Origin: Phoronis australis
Taxonomy: Eukaryota; Animalia; Phoronida
Length of the DNA: 64,000 nt
Direction: 5' to 3'
NCBI GenBank assembly: GCA_002633005.1
Contig: NMRA01000076.1
Location: forward strand, 808,748 to 872,747
Part shown: one piece after another, positions 26,414 to 41,773 of the stretch
Layout of the letters: each line of letters starts with the position of its first letter
Position numbering within the stretch: position 1 is the first letter of the stretch
Program-made: the position numbers and the translations under genes
Notes under the pieces: generated by a model
Databases searched by the model: none
What the model was told of the DNA's origin: nothing
The model's input: the letters and a program-made list of their open reading frames with translations, nothing else

Positions 26414-28677
26414 TGAGAAACCTATTAAGGAAATCGGGTCTGATGAAAAAGTAGAAGTTTCCACATAAGTTGTTGATCTCGCCAATAAACCACAATCTTT
26501 GCAAAAATACGGACACAGATGTCTAATGATAACTTCATCATGTTCAGACAAATGCATTACGCAAACTGCGTGTGTTTTGAACAATGTTTACTGTTAAACT
26601 GTCACAAAATTATTGATCGGTCTCATTAGGCAGAGTAGAGCGTGCGGCTGTTATGGTTAAACCATAATTTGAGACATAGAGACGTTATTTTTCGCAAAAT
26701 TAGGTACCATGTGCATTGAGACAATTGAGAACAATTGAACTTAAAAGAAAAAGGCTGATTAAAAGTGAAATTATCAAACAGAAAAATGATTTTCATTCAG
26801 AGATCACCTAAATATATAGCTCATTTGAAACACTTCAACTTATGGGGAAAATATATTTAATTTATTTTTTGTGCTTAGTAAGTGAAGAATCAGTGTATGT
26901 ATTATACACTGTTCTTTAAAACATCGTTACGAACTGCTTCTAAAATGTTCCACTTTTGCATGATGGATTATCATAAATAAGTCTTTCACTTTTTTCACAA
27001 AAACCCGCTGTATAAAGAGAAAATGGAATGACTGTAACAGCGTACCTGAGATTTCATTTTGAACATTTATATCAAATGAAGTTTGGTTACGTTACCGATA
27101 CAGTTGTTTTTTATCAATGTATCTATATTCCTAAATTTTATTATAGCGGTGTGACCTGATTGATGGCAAAAAGTCAAAAATTAAATTCAGCAGCCCTCTT
27201 TTCAGAAAATTCATACTTTTACTGTGTAAAAGTTTACAATTTTGAACATATTTGGATAACTATACATTGTAAGCTAAATACCCACATTATAGAAGATGCA
27301 AGCAAATAGTACTTTTCACCAAGAAGCATTATTTACAAAGTCCATTCACAACATTTACAGCATGGTGGTGCTCTTCTTATTTTAAACAAAAATAATTGCC
27401 ACAATGTCTATTTTTTCATTTTTCAAAGGCTGATTACATTTTGCAAAAAATTAGAGTTTCGGTAAACATCTACATAGTGCATTAGTAATAGATTAAAGTG
27501 TTATTAGTCTTTACTTTTGTTTTGTTAACGAATAGGAATTTCACTTGTACGCCATATTGTACGGTAAGTAAATGAAGAATTACTAAAATCAAAATTCTGT
27601 ATGTTCAACAGTATACCCCACAGGTGGCACCACTTGTACTCCATCAGCCAACTGCAAATTACACACCAACATTATGCACTGTTACAACACCTTGGGCATA
27701 GGATTTGGCCGAGGGAATCTGTCGAGTGTCTTATGGATTGGGACACAAGGGACATGGATAAACCACATTTAGGAAACTGGACTGTCTGCTGTTGATTTTT
27801 AAATGAAGTAATTTAACAGCAGATTACTATACAAGAATTCGGGACCATGGAATTTTCCCTTATATGAAACAAATTATTTATATAAATTTTGCAATGACAG
27901 TTAATGCACATTACAAATTTCTTCAAAAACTTTGAAATTCCCACAAGTTCAGCAGGTGATTTGGAACCAACCTTACAGTAGGTACTTCTGATTGAGCCAA
28001 TCTTGTGGCCGACGGTCTTTCATCATTCCTACAGTTTACAAATTACCTTAACTAACTCACTCAAGCTGGCCAATAAACCAACCAATACTCTGGTAAAATC
28101 TTACCAATTCAGGTCACAATATGGTAGTGACATTAACCGTTTTCATGTTTTTCATATACGGTAAGTAGAATCAAAATACTTTTACCAGTTTCAAGTCCTT
28201 TATCATAGCTACAAAGGTTTGAGAAATAGTGGGCATTCAAAACAAATTGTTAAAAGCTTTTGAACAAATGAAAAGACAATTTCTTGGCAGTTTTGCTCGA
28301 AAGTGGTTCGATGATAAATTAATTTGTGAACTACTGAAAAATGAAACCGGTTATAGAGGACTATTTTGTTTCAAGGATTTAAACGATCTACCATATGCGC
28401 ACGATTGTGTGACTCACGTGCCTAAATATGAATATGCACCTGTACCTAGAATGTACTTGCACTTGCCAGTGTGTGAAATCAGTGCATCAGTGGTACATCT
28501 CATTTCGCAACACGCAACTACCGATGCTTCTAACTAGTTCCATCGCCTGGACTATACAAACTGAATGCGTCATTGAAAATTGAACTTCTTCACTCTTTGA
28601 ACCTCAAAAATCAGTTAACTTCTATGCATAAAAGATGAAAATAAGCAGCATCCCAACTGCTGTTTCTTTGTTGACAT

Positions 28678-28839
28678 GTCCCAACCTGTATATTGTGTAA
28701 ACTAGCCCCAACCTGTATATTGTGTAAACTAGTCCCAACCTGTATATTGTGTAAACTAGCCCCAACCTGTATATTGTGTAAACTAGTTCCAACCTGTATA
28801 TTGTGTAAACTAGTTCCAACCTGTATATTGTGTAAACTA
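28678..28839. repeat. 27 bp minisatellite, 6 copies
   Basis: ccaacctgtatattgtgtaaactag(cc/tc/tt) at 28681, 28708, 28735, 28762, 28789 and 28816. Confidence 0.95.
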
Positions 28840-31740
28840 CCTGAGCAGCACAGTAGGATGAATTGACTTGTGAACGCCACCATAAAATTATCTTCACCCC
28901 CAAAGAATGCAGTGAAATTTGAATGGGGGGCTCATCATGCCCTGGAGTAACGATGGAGCCAACGCAAGACTGGAACTTGGCCTACCTCTCACAGAAAGGA
29001 AGACAAACTTGGCATTTATTTAGCTTAACACTAACTAATGCATGAAAAGTATTAAGAATGAACAAAAAAACAACACCCAAATAAAACAACACCAAAGTAA
29101 TATTGCGTTGAGACCTGGACATCTACAGGGGATAGCTACCTGCAAGCTTATGTATATGGAGGAGTTTGTGAAACAATAGGGCCGGCCCGGATTACACGGT
29201 GGTAGAACTCTCCCTTGTCCCGGAGATAAGAAAGCGTGTCACCTCGTTTTAGAAATCGGGCACACTTTCATGTCCCTCCTTGATGTCGGGAAGGCGAATA
29301 GTTTCACATCCCTCATTCAGGAGTATTGTCCAAACTTTCTCATCTTGGAGTTGCAGTCCACAGCACAGCAGTAATACTTCGTTGGCATTGGAAGGAAGAG
29401 TAGAGTAGTGTAACCGAGTTATTGTAAAGAATCAGACAACAAATAACATACCAACTCCAATGGCATGGAAACGAGGCAGCAAATGCGCCTGATGTATGTT
29501 TATGGCATTGTGGGTAAATAAAGCGAGATACGAGTGTTGCTGTGTAATCCATGACCCCCAACTGAGTAAAAATACTCCTTAAAAAACATATTGCTTCAGT
29601 TACACTGTATAAGTTTAGCACTAGTATATCTTTTGCACATTTAAAATGTTCTCCTCAAACAGAAGCATGGAAACTTTTCTCAAAAAACGTTTGCTTTTTA
29701 GATTTAATAAAGCAGACTATTTCCTTGTGAAAACAATTGGGCTGTTGATGGATGATAACCGAGACTACTGCATGTACAGCCATTTCACCCCACCTGCCTA
29801 TACTATAGGTTCGACAAGAGCAATCTTCAACGCAAAGCGAAAAAGAAAGGTGCTAGAGCTACTCATTTTCAGTGATGTCTTGCACTGGCAATAGTGACAG
29901 TGATTTGAAATCAAGTCAACGATTAATGGCTAATTTCTTTGAGGAGCGTGGATTGATGATCTGGCAAAATTGGCTACGACTACTTTAACAAATTCTGTCA
30001 AAAACATCAAATGCAATTTCACTTCATTTCTTGTTGCCATCCATTAGTGCGCGCAGAAGTCACGGCAACAAATATGCCAGTCTGAGGTAACCAGTTCCAT
30101 TTCCGATTTGATAAGTAAAATATGACGAGTGTCAGAAATCTTGTCACATAAAATACATCAAGTCATAAGCAGGCGGTGAAATATGTTAGAATTAATGAGG
30201 CGAGTTCCGCACTGTGCACTTTCAATCAGACAGATCATCGGTTACTAGTGAATGAAGCAATTATATTAATACTTTAAACTGTTTTGTACTAATGAACTGC
30301 TAATAAAAGAAATGAGTGTTGGCTGGTCTTCAGCCACATCTGTCTCTGTCATCGCGAAAAAGGTACACCACTTTCCATTGACGGATTGAATTGAAGGCAA
30401 TAGAGCGACAGTTAAGAAACAATTGAAATTTTTTGACAGCTTCAATGACACGTGAAATAATGATCAACATAGTTCCTTGGCCCAAAGCTAATGTTAAAGT
30501 AGGCCAATAGTACATAGGCCTGAGGCCTAAATTTTCGAATAAATATGTCATCAAAAGAATACGGGTCATGGTTGACTTTGATCGAAAAGTTGCTCAACAG
30601 TTATGCACCCCCAATTTGAACATTGGTGGATATAGGCCGACATAATGAGGACAACATAGGAGGGGAGCCCTGTGGTGATGTGTGCTACTCGCTAAACTCA
30701 AAGCAGGAAAAACCCGCCTGCCATTCAGACCACTTGCCAAAATTGGTCTTGTTGTTCCTTAGCCAAAATATGAATTTGATTGTTTATGAAGTCAGCTAAG
30801 GCAACTATTGTTCTATAAGCAGCCTAATTACTGACACACCTTGGTCAAGTGCTTATAGTGGCAACAAGCCAGCACTTTGATGTGTCCGTGACGAGTTTAG
30901 CAATCCATGCCTTCGCTGGTACCCGTGGCAGAAATAGAATCTACGGTGGAAACAAATTACTCGCATTGACCTTCAGAAACAGATTTCTAGTGACTTGCCA
31001 GAGACCATCTGCTGCTGAAATGTGCGAGGGGCCTACATGTACTATATTTGATTTCAGCACTGTCTACAAATCAACAGTATACCTGGAAGCGAATGAGGCA
31101 ATTTCTGCTGGTGTGCACTGAAATCAACATTTTCAAATCATACTATTACGCCACTAAAGTGTCAAAAAAGAAACTGATCACATTCTGCAGACAAACGACC
31201 GCTTCTGATGGCATAACTTATTTTCTTCTCAGTTACGCCGGTAATTCCACGACTACTTTTTTCGGAAAATAACATTAAATCATTTTTTTTATTGTGATAT
31301 TTAAAATGAGGGTGGCCTCTTCAGGGATAGCACTGCTTTCCTACAGGGCTCATTGATTTGCCAATTAACCTCCTTGGTAATATCTTCCTGTTATTACCCA
31401 GTTGTGCAAGCCTATATCTCTGGTCAGTCAGAGCAAACGCTGTAACACCACCAGCATCAAAACCACAAACACTGTGAGAGAAAATACGTGCAATACACAT
31501 TTTTATTTTAAATAACAAAAATTTTTCTATAACTCAGAAAAGAAGTGGAAACTGCCACCTATGATACAACAATTAATCACATCTACAAACAGATGATCCA
31601 CAATAGCAAACAAAAGGTTAATGCTCAATCCCAGACCCTTGACATCAGAACTCTGTTGTGGCTGACACACCTTTACATATAGTAATTCATGAATTCCTGA
31701 ATAGGCTCTCAGTGACAGGTGATAGGCAGATTGTCAAAAA

Positions 31741-31925
31741 GGTGTTGGATTAGAAAAACATGCAGTGATGTAATACCTATTGACTTCCCAAAGGCTACAG
31801 CAAGACAACATAAAGCAAGCAGCCAAGGAATCGTGAATGAAGCTAGGAATCTGTATCACTCAATATGACAAGTGGAATTGTTGTGGAGTCTTGGATACAA
31901 TTTGAGGGGGAAGACATTACGCAGC
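31741..31925 (+). mobile_element. Degenerate CR1/L2-type LINE reverse-transcriptase fragment
   Basis: Reads DVIPIDFPKA (cf. DVIYLDFxKAFD) and, downstream, GYNLRGKTLR (cf. YGIRGKTLxWI), with stops and frameshifts. Confidence 0.5.
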
Positions 31926-34348
31926 ACAATACAATTTTATTTGTTTTGCCACAGATCAAAATGTTGGACAAAGGCGATATTATATGATCAAAATAAATGT
32001 TTTTTCATAATGATTGACAGATTTGCTATTCTAATAATCCGAGATGCATAAGCTTGCTCATTCATGGAATGAATGACCCCAAAAGTGACCATCACCCACA
32101 CCATGGTAACTTTAACAGTTCAGTGACTGGCTCTCACTAAACTTTTCAAGAATACATGATCGATGGGCATCGCACAATCCTAGTAATTGCATGAAAAGAA
32201 ATCATCCTTTGGTTGCTTGCAAACCACTGTGTTTTACAATTCAGAAATTTAACACACAATTGAGATTGACAGCTGTGTTGAATTTAATGACATCTTCAGT
32301 GAAGTGAAATATTTGAATGGTTATTTTTCAGTTGTTGAGAAATCTGACAAAGTAAAATACCGCATTCATGAGATAATGAACACTAAACAGGAAAAGAATT
32401 ATTGCTTACAAGGAATTTGGTACAATTCAAAGAGCAAACTTTGGAACACATAATGGCAAACGAGTGGATTTTAACTTTGTCAAACTTATCAAAAGTAGCT
32501 CGTGAGAAATGTTTACAATATTGGGTGGTAAAATCCCATAGGAAACAATATGGCAGACAAAAAATATTTACTTTCTCATTTTTCTTAAAAGGTATGAAAT
32601 TCAATGCTTTACCATGTTCAAGTTGTGTACCATAGCTACCATCAGACAATATTTTGAAAAATTGTGATCATTCACAACTAATGTTAGACGACTAAAAAAT
32701 GAAAAAGGATAATTTTGGCTATTATTTTTCTCTTTGGTGAGTTTTCACCGTATGGTCCAGATGTTACTAAGGAATTTGGTAAAATGCTGGACATTTGCAG
32801 GAAAGTAGTTCCTTAGGCTACGAAATTACACACATTGAGATTTTGGAAATTATTTTTATCCAAATTGAAGATTGAATTTTCACCATACTGTAAGAAGTTT
32901 CAGTGTTAAGAACCTCTACTGTGTATGGTATATTGATGAAAATATCAGTGCCATAAATATGATAATTGTTTTATTTTCATTTAAGAAATAAAATTATTGA
33001 GATTAATCATTTGCAGTTATGGGTAGTAGCACAGACATTGTAATTTATTTATTACAAATTAGTAGAAGCACTAGCAAAATAATTTAAGCTTTATTATCAA
33101 TTACATAGTATAAATATTTGCATTGAAGTATTATTGTGAAAAGGAATATGGCTTCAGATTATTGCCTTCAGTGCCAACAGGCAATCTAACTTAAAGCAGA
33201 ATTGCACAAGCTTTTCAAGACCAAAAACAAATATAATAAAGTCCAACATGCCAAAAATTACTGTAAGCTCCACCCTACACTGAGTACAGTTCTGCAAGAC
33301 TGGAAAGGCAGCTCGCCTTATTTCAAACCGTGAATGAACTTTTTTTAAAAAACACAAAACATAACAGCATGAAACTCGGTATTCAAAGGAATGTTTTAAC
33401 ACAGTTAGCACCGTGAGGTGAGAGATCGCAAATGTGCAGTGCGGACAATCCTTTTTTAATCTAATTACTGATTTTTACAAAGTTCTACCAACAAGATTAG
33501 TTTTTATCAATAAAATTTAAATCCTGGTTTAAGACAACTAAACAAAAACTAGGGACGTGTAATATCATTTCAAAAACCAGTGTATCTGTAGTCATAAAAA
33601 GTCAATCAATTAGAGCAGTTCTAATTCTTAGGACTCAGCCACCTAGCCATAGCCCAGTACAGTTGGACATTCACACCTAGACTGCTTTTGAAAACTTTAA
33701 GAGGCATTCACTGAAAGAAAGAAAAACAGATAGAACAACAGACAAACACTAAGTTGACCTAACGGTGTAAAATTGCTCCTGGCGACTTCTAGCAAAAACA
33801 AAAGTTACGTGTGACATGACATCTCTCAGTTACCATATTTACTTGACATCCAAATTTTACAACAAACAGGTTTTCAGATACACAAGGACACAACAAGGGC
33901 AATCAGGACCATAGCTGTCTCAGTCTCAAATAGTTGGAAGAATGGGGGTATTAAATCTAATGAAAACTTAAAAGTTGCTGATATAATAACCAGCAACAAA
34001 ACTTAGCTGTGCAATTGAGGTAGGCGCCAGTGTGTCAAGTCTAATTACTAACGCCCTGTTAGGCAAGCTAAATAGACAGCCTAGTCATTGATGAAACAGG
34101 CTAGGATTACTACAAGATTACAATCACCACCAAGCTGATATGATATTTATATGGCTAACAAAAATTAGTTAATTAAAATGCTGAAATTTGAAGTTAATTG
34201 TGATCAAGTTGCCCGCTACTGAACAGCAGAATAAAACAATGGAGGACTGAATTTTATCACAGGTACTGCATAAACTACATCACATTATGATTTTCAGAAG
34301 GACTATGAGCTTCAATATTATCCAGTCCTGAGAGGAGTCAAGATTATC

Positions 34349-34462
34349 GATTTTAACTAAATAACACGATTTTAACTAAATAACAAGATTTTAACTAAAT
34401 AACTTGATTTTAACTAAATAACATGATTTTAACTAAATAACATGATTTTAAATAAATAACAC
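34349..34462. repeat. 19 bp minisatellite, 6 copies
   Basis: gattttaactaaataacaN repeated with a period of 19. Confidence 0.95.
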
Positions 34463-34839
34463 AGGTTGGATATTATTTGTTATATTTATAATTAAGCTAC
34501 ATTTCACCTGTCAAAGTTGAATTCTTTACTGAAACATTTTGCGATTTAATAACGTTATCACATTCATCAGATCTTGAATTGCTGCTAAATGAACCGTCAA
34601 CGTGGATCATGAGCAATGGGTTTATTCATAATTTTCAAATGTGTAACTGAAGGCCAACCCCAATACACTCTGAAGTGTTTCACTGATTCGCACACCGTTT
34701 TGATGTTCTTGTTGGTAATGAAAATAGAATCATAACACGATAAGAAATAAAATGAGACAGAAACTGTAAGAGCAAAATGCCTAATTGGATTTTGTTTTTG
34801 GTTTAGCCAGCTAAACACTGGTGAAATGCAATCTTAATG

Positions 34840-35045
34840 TTCATAAAAATAAAATCTAAAATATCTGAAAACAGTGTTCTGAATGTGACTTAAGCAGTTT
34901 GAAATGAACTCTATTAAAAAATAATTTTTTGCTGGATTCAAAGAATCTGCGGGATAAATTAATATGTTTACTTATAGATATGATAGGCACATTATCACTG
35001 TTTGAGAAACTAGAATTAAAATTTCCTAAAGCAATGCATAACATA
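34840..35045 (-). mobile_element. Possible degenerate LINE APE-endonuclease fragment
   Basis: CIALGNFNS (cf. IILGDFN) and, roughly 50 codons later in another frame, TFRTLFSDILDFIFMN (cf. PTR...ILDLIFTN). The SDH motif is not seen. Confidence 0.35.
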
Positions 35046-38000
35046 TAGTTCAATGAATGCTTTCTCCTAAATCATGCTTTTAATATCAAGCACAACTGCT
35101 CTTGCCAGTGAAACTGGATGTAGACTTTGAATGTTGTTTTTCAACAGCAATCTCAACTCTGCAGCAAGGAGACCTCTAGGAGCATGGTCCTCATCATTGT
35201 CACATAGAAGAATCCTTGAGACGCACTGTGATTGCTGACACTGTGATTGTTGAAATCGGGGCCAACTGTCGCATTCTAACCTAATGGCTATGCAGGCTGC
35301 CTGATCAGCTACTTATGTCTGGGACCAAACATCGAACTGAACTCCTCGTCAGTGCAGGGTCTAGAAAACCAGGCCTGCAGGAAGGTACAACTTATTGAAG
35401 GAGGGGATGAGACAAATTTAAAGTTTGCCCTACTCGTGGTCGCCACTGCTTTCGGCAATAATGGTGAATTATTGCGGGGATTAGTCCACGCCTTCCTACA
35501 ACTCCACATGTTGTGAAGATACACATCCCAAATGCCTGTTTAAAAATATGATTAAACTGAACCCCCCTTAGAGTATAGTCACCTAACAGACATCATCACA
35601 GTGAAAGGTGCTGTCCGAAAAAATTGAACTGAAGAAAGGTAACAAAAACTAACATGACCCATGATTCCTCTAAATTGATGTCGAGATTTGAGGCACTGAG
35701 GCCAATTGACTTATTGGTGTCTTTGTCCAAAACAATCCCAGTGCTACAGCAATTAAAGTCATTCAAAAATCTTGATCCCTTGTTTCTATAAAAATGCTTT
35801 GAAAACGATGATAAAAATAAGATGGATATTTTTTTACCTAAAAATTTCCACAACTGCCATTCTTTGATGATCAACAGAGAGTTGGCATTTATGTGTTCAC
35901 TCTCACTATAGTACGTGTACTTTACCTTGGTTTCAGTAGCAATGTATCAATTCAGCCTGAAGTCACCAAAATGAGTTCAAATATGGCCCAAAGCACACAA
36001 CTAATCAATAAGCCCCCTTAACCATATTTCAGAACTTCTCCTGGGCCAATTAATTTGGTTATTAAAGTACATGCAACTGGAAACTGTCACGGAGAAGACA
36101 TTTGCAACACACTTGATGTCCTGGTCCAACAACATTACTTGGGCAACATACGCCATAGATGGTAATATTTTTACAAATTCGTGAACATGTCAGACATATG
36201 TGAAAACTCTAATCTAACAAAATAGTGTAGAACAGCAACACCAAATCTGAGTGAGCCTGACTCCTGCTTTTGGGTAAAATTCCTATCAGTTAACTACACC
36301 ATCAATCTGCAGTTTATTTAAGTGTGAGTTCACAGTCTTTGACATATCTTTTGCCTTTATTTGTGGTAAACTAACACCAACTAAGGACAAAACGTGGCAG
36401 ACAAGAACAATCTTATTTTTAATTTATTTCACTTTTAGAAGCACCAAATAAATACTTTGTCACTTTCAAGTTACCCAACAAGAAAATACCACACATCAGA
36501 AAATGCCATGAGCCACTGCAGGCACTGGGCAATGTTATTGAAAAAAGATCAATTTTGGAAATTATTTTCCTCGAAAATTGGAGACTTAATGATTATTAAA
36601 TTCATTTCTGCAACACATATTACAGAGGTCACTTCAACAAAGGGAATTCAAAATTTTGACCAATGTCCAACATCATATAGATGTCATGTGGAAAGAAGAG
36701 ACGCTTGTTGCAATTCTCCAATTCTTGGGTGACACATTATTTGTTGTGCGACTGGCAAGCAAAAATTAATAAAAAGGGATTGGGCATGTTTTGGAAATTA
36801 TAATCATAGATTTTATGTAATGAGAATTTTTCTGTAGCTGGCCATGAGTACATCAAGAGATCTGAAACGCAGTCAGGCTGCTAAGAAGATATTTTCACAG
36901 TAAACGACCATTTCTTTGTTATAAATAACAATAACAAGGGAACATCTTATTACAGTTCCATCAAATCTTGGCCCGAAACATCACCAAATCAGTCTTAATA
37001 AACCAATCTCAATTTAAATAAACATGGAATTAATCTCGTCGTCAAAATCACAGTTTTAATTCTACTCACCAAAGGCTTTGAACAAGATTAAAAATGAGCC
37101 GTAATTTTGTTCCCGTTCCCAACATGCATATTGGTAGCATGAAATTTGAAAAGCAGATCAACTATTTTGGTGAAAATTAGATCCATATTCTTTCATGAAA
37201 AGGATACATTTGACAAGTGCAAAAAGCATTGACAAAGAAGTTTTTTTAATCGGAGTGTAAAAAAACTAGCTCAAGGTGGACGCATCGAATGAAGGAAATA
37301 AAAAACGATACATCCTGACACATGTCCAGAGGGGTGACGGCTTTATGGTGGTAGAATGTTTGTGTGGCGACATAGTGTAACAATTATATCCCGATCGGCG
37401 AACGCAGCATAGATCACCTGACTGCCCCTTGTAGCCACAGAGCTTTATTAATCTGCGGCCAAGGTGCGTTTTCATATGAACCTGAATTGGAAATTTGATA
37501 GTTTCTTAAACTGTGCCTTTAAATATACATATGTTTAAATGAAATTTAAATTCAACCTTTGGCTCACCAGTCAGCGCCTTGCTAATAAAGTCTCCCTTTT
37601 CAAGCAGATGAAACCTGAATCGCGAGTAGGCAGTTAGTGGATTCAGGCAAGTGGTGTCGTTTGGCTCCAATAATTGTGAGTTTTATTACAATTACTGATG
37701 ATGTATTGTTTTCCTCATTAATTATCACCAACAGATGCCCATGACAAGGGCAGCCGTTCCCTCCTGAGATACCAGAGGCATGAATTTACCTCATTCTTAA
37801 ACCAGGTGATGAACAATCTGTTTCTGAACACAAGAACATGTTTGTCAACTTTCCAACAAAACTGCAGTATTACTATAAGCTGGCTACCCATTTGTAGTAT
37901 GGAATGGGACAACCTGAGCATTTGTCACTGATCAGGATTTCAGCAGAGGTTTCACAGAACAACACTAGAGTGCACTAGTAACCTGGCACACTACAGACAA

Positions 38001-39551
38001 CAGATGAATGGAAGTGAGAGGACATGTTAACCAATCTGAGCTGTCTAAGAAACACATTGTAACACAGCTAAGATGGAGACATTACTATTAAGACAATTAA
38101 ACTTGTTAGGAAACGGCACAAACGACATACGGCCTCCATTTATCACAACTGACAAGCAGCCCAATGGTTTTTTGATATGTTTAATAGTTTCATAGGAATC
38201 CTAATACAATTCTTGATACAGTTGACATTTTTGACATTTCGCCTCATTAAGCTGGTTATTAGAGACAGTTGTTCTATTTTCTTTTAATTATTTTGAGGAG
38301 ATTTATCAAGTGGGAAGACAGTGAAATACGTCATTGGTGAGAGATAATGTTTTTTATTAGACAAGCTCACAAATGAAGGAAGTCTACACATAGCTGTTTC
38401 CATGAATGCCGGAAAAAGCAATTAAGTAGAACCAAAAACAGCTTTGTTACTCAACCCTATTCTGAAGGTGTTAAGAGAACTGTATCACATACAAATACGT
38501 GGAAACCAATCAACTATTTCCACGGACATGGAGTGTTTATGAAGTTTGATGCTAATGACGATGTTTTGGTGTACTACTGCCTGTGAAGGACACGATGAAG
38601 ACTGATGTCAACATTGACAATTTTCAAGAGGTTCAGTCTAACATTGCTGTTAAAAGCTCAAAACTCAAAATATTTTTACAACTGCAATGGTACTAAAGTT
38701 TTGAAGCTTGAAAACAGTACATCATAAATATTAATTATAGTGTAACTCATCTTTTCTAACTCAGGATAATAATAACATCACTAACCAAGCTGAAGTCCGT
38801 GAGAGACAAACGCAATGTCGCTAACTCTAGTAAATTTTATTTCAAATTCCAGCATTAAATTCATATTTTATCCACAGAAAACAAAAAATTCCTAATTTCC
38901 TTTACTGCCAAGATTCAGTGTATCATGTTAGTTACTGTGATACTGTAATGCCAAAAATGGAATATCTCATATTGAATGTTTAAAAAAATGTACAATGAAA
39001 ACAATTTTCTTTCTCATCTCCAAACAAAGATATTACAGATGTAACTCCAACGTTTATAGACTTTTGAACTTAGATTTTTGACGTGAGCAATGCATTTAAC
39101 TTCAAAATCTTACATTTGATTATCATGGACTGTAAAATGAAATTGCCCTTATGTTTGAAACTGACTCTGCCCTAACACAAGGAGGAGCATAAGATTAGAG
39201 TCTAATGTCCTCATAACCAATCACATGAAATCACAGTACAATGATTGCCTCCACTTCTGTCAGACAGTTTCAAGCAACTAGACCCTCTGTTGAAAAATTG
39301 CCCAATTTAAAAGTCCTTTTAGTAATTACCCTACCACAATAGCTACAAGAGACTGTGAACTGGTTGGGAATAAGGTATGAAATGCAAGGTGTACAAAACA
39401 TCAGCCAAACAGGAGTCACCCTCACAGACATGTCCCCTTTCTTGTCCCAGCAGAATACCCCTAGAATCTGGAGCCAGATTCTCAAGAGGCAATTAACTTA
39501 AAATGCAGCTGAGGAAGGATGATTAAATTATTAGACAATGAAGATAGTTTG

Positions 39552-39645
39552 CAATGATGAAGATGTCTTTGATGATGACAGTGATGATGATAGTCAGGAG
39601 GCGATGATGATGATGATAATGATGATAACGATGGTGGTGATGACC
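39552..39645. repeat. Degenerate (GAT)n microsatellite
   Basis: gatgatgatgatgataatgatgataacgatggtggtgatgac. It accounts for the His-run ORF at 39523-39753. Confidence 0.8.
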
Positions 39646-41773
39646 AAGATAAATGATTGACAGCCTTAGCAGTGATGGTGATGTCACAACTATCAGTGAA
39701 AGCGTTATGTTCTGCAAAGCATAGTTCTCAATAGGAATAAGAACGGTTAGCAATTTATAACGTTTTTTGATGCAAATTGTGAGTTTTTTAAGATCAGTTG
39801 ATACTTTTTGTCTGGCTAAAGACCCATTTATATTTTTGGGAAGTACTCGCTTTACTGACCTGAGATAAATATCAACAAACTTGATAAAATAATATATGTT
39901 GCTTTGGTTACACGAGTGTAACCAAATGTGGATGAATCTATTGGCTATACAAAGTTACCTAACTCCAAGTAAATTAAATTTCTAAAACCGACAAGGTATT
40001 CAGTAATGGCTGAATTGGTAATCTTTTTGCTGTTACTGTCAACACCAACAATTTTAAGACAGAAAAATCAAAATCCCGTGTTTGATTATAAGACAGAAAA
40101 ATCTAAATCACTGTAATTAGAAAGAAAAATTATAGCATAGAACTACATAGCCTGACAAATTCCCTCCTAAATCCTTATTTTAATCTGACAAAGATGAGCT
40201 TGTGACTGTTAATCAAATCCTACTTAATGACAACAATTACAGATAATTTCAAATTCATAAACATTTAAATAAAGTATAATCAGCTGTTATGTTTCATAAG
40301 CTTCTAACAAGACCTAAAGTGATCAGCTCACTCAACCACTCAGTCCTTTTAAAGGCATTTTTGCCAAAAATACTCACCAAAGATAGCCAATCAATTTCCA
40401 TATTTCAATTGAATCTGCTTTAGGCAGAGTAACACTATGATCATAATTTGTTTTGACCGAAATGGCACAGACAAGAGATCTGTCGCGACCCCTAATGGCA
40501 CCGGCGATCACTGCCTATAGAATGATTAACAGTCGATGGTGCCGCCGGTAAGAGTTGAAATTTTCAAAATCGCCAGCGGACTTGGGTCTTGCGTAAAAAT
40601 CAATAGAGTTTGAATGGACATGTGAATGGCCAGAGAAAAAGAGGCTTTGTGTGTGCCATGCAGATTACGTCTTATCTGGCAAGGACTGGCAGCCAATGTC
40701 ACCGTTTGAATGGCGACATGGAATGGCATAAACAAGCTAGAAACCATCTACACAAAGATGACCTGTCACCCTGCATTAGTCAACCAGGCATGTAAGCCAG
40801 TCAGACAAGTAGCCAGTCCTGGCTGGGTCACAGCATAAGAAAGACATGCTTTAAATGCCCTGAAAGAAGTCCCTCTGATGAAATATTATTCATCCCACAG
40901 CAGACCAGTGCAGTTGCCCCTGGCTAACTAGCAACTATAGGAGATTACATCACAAACAAAAGTAAGGATTGTGAGTATACAAGTATTATGTAACTAAAAT
41001 GCTTTCATCAAGGGATTTGTCACACTGAGAGACAGGTTTTGTTACATTGGTTATGAATAAGTTGCACATAGGCAAATATTACAATAGTTATAGTCTCAAA
41101 GCAAAACGACTGTTCACTGCTGTCCTTTATGAGACAGGAACAGTCTCGGAGTAAAACGGTAACTATTCATTACATTGTTCATGACGTGATGAACGAAACA
41201 TAATGCTTTGCAAAACAGATTGACAGAATCATCCTTGCACCTCAGTGAACCATTGAAAACTATCATTATGAAGTGACGGCTCCAGCAAATGAATGGGTTA
41301 CCCGCTATTCACATTTTTCCATATCTCTTGTAGCTATTTTCCATTGCAGCAACATAATGAACAAGAGCACCACAGTCTTACCGATAGGAAGAACAGATAC
41401 AAAAAATTAAATGGCCAAGTCCGTCTGAAACTTGTGTAGTCGTCTCCACGACAGTAAACTCAATTTGCCAAATTTCATGAACATCCATCAAGGAACATGG
41501 AAGATATCGAGCCAAATGCAAAGAAAAAGTAAATTACCTCTGGGAGGCTCAATAGTAGACAGATTTGTGCCTTAAATTCATGTCAGATGTAATGTGGTAC
41601 AGTACTTAAACATGGAACAGAGTTAATTTCGTGGGAAATATCTCTCAAAGGAAAAAGTGAGAAAGTAAATTTCACTTGTCTGCCAGTCATAAGTGTCCTA
41701 AATAATGGTGAGATTTTACGGTACGGTACTTGCTCTGCAACAAGTCTTACACTTTACAGGAGTTTCAATATTA

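Noticed and set aside
27536-27563. 28 nt plus-strand microexon with a perfect gtaagt donor
   Set aside because: The next acceptors give only a 48-60 nt intron and no recognisable protein. Such signals occur by chance.
28678-28839. 27 bp repeats as a CRISPR array, or as a repeat protein (ORFs 28611-28883 and 28622-28903)
   Set aside because: Units are head-to-tail with no unique spacers and there are no cas genes. The ORFs are a by-product of a stop-free 27 bp unit.
34349-34462. 19 bp repeats as iterons or CRISPR
   Set aside because: Contiguous minisatellite in a eukaryotic context, with no rep or cas gene.
35596-35874. DKDTNKSIGLSASNLDINLE resembles a Penelope RT motif (..SASYLDL..)
   Set aside because: No upstream YxDD or downstream motif is visible, so the similarity is too short to call.
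39523-39753. His-rich ORF
   Set aside because: Translation of a (GAT)n microsatellite.
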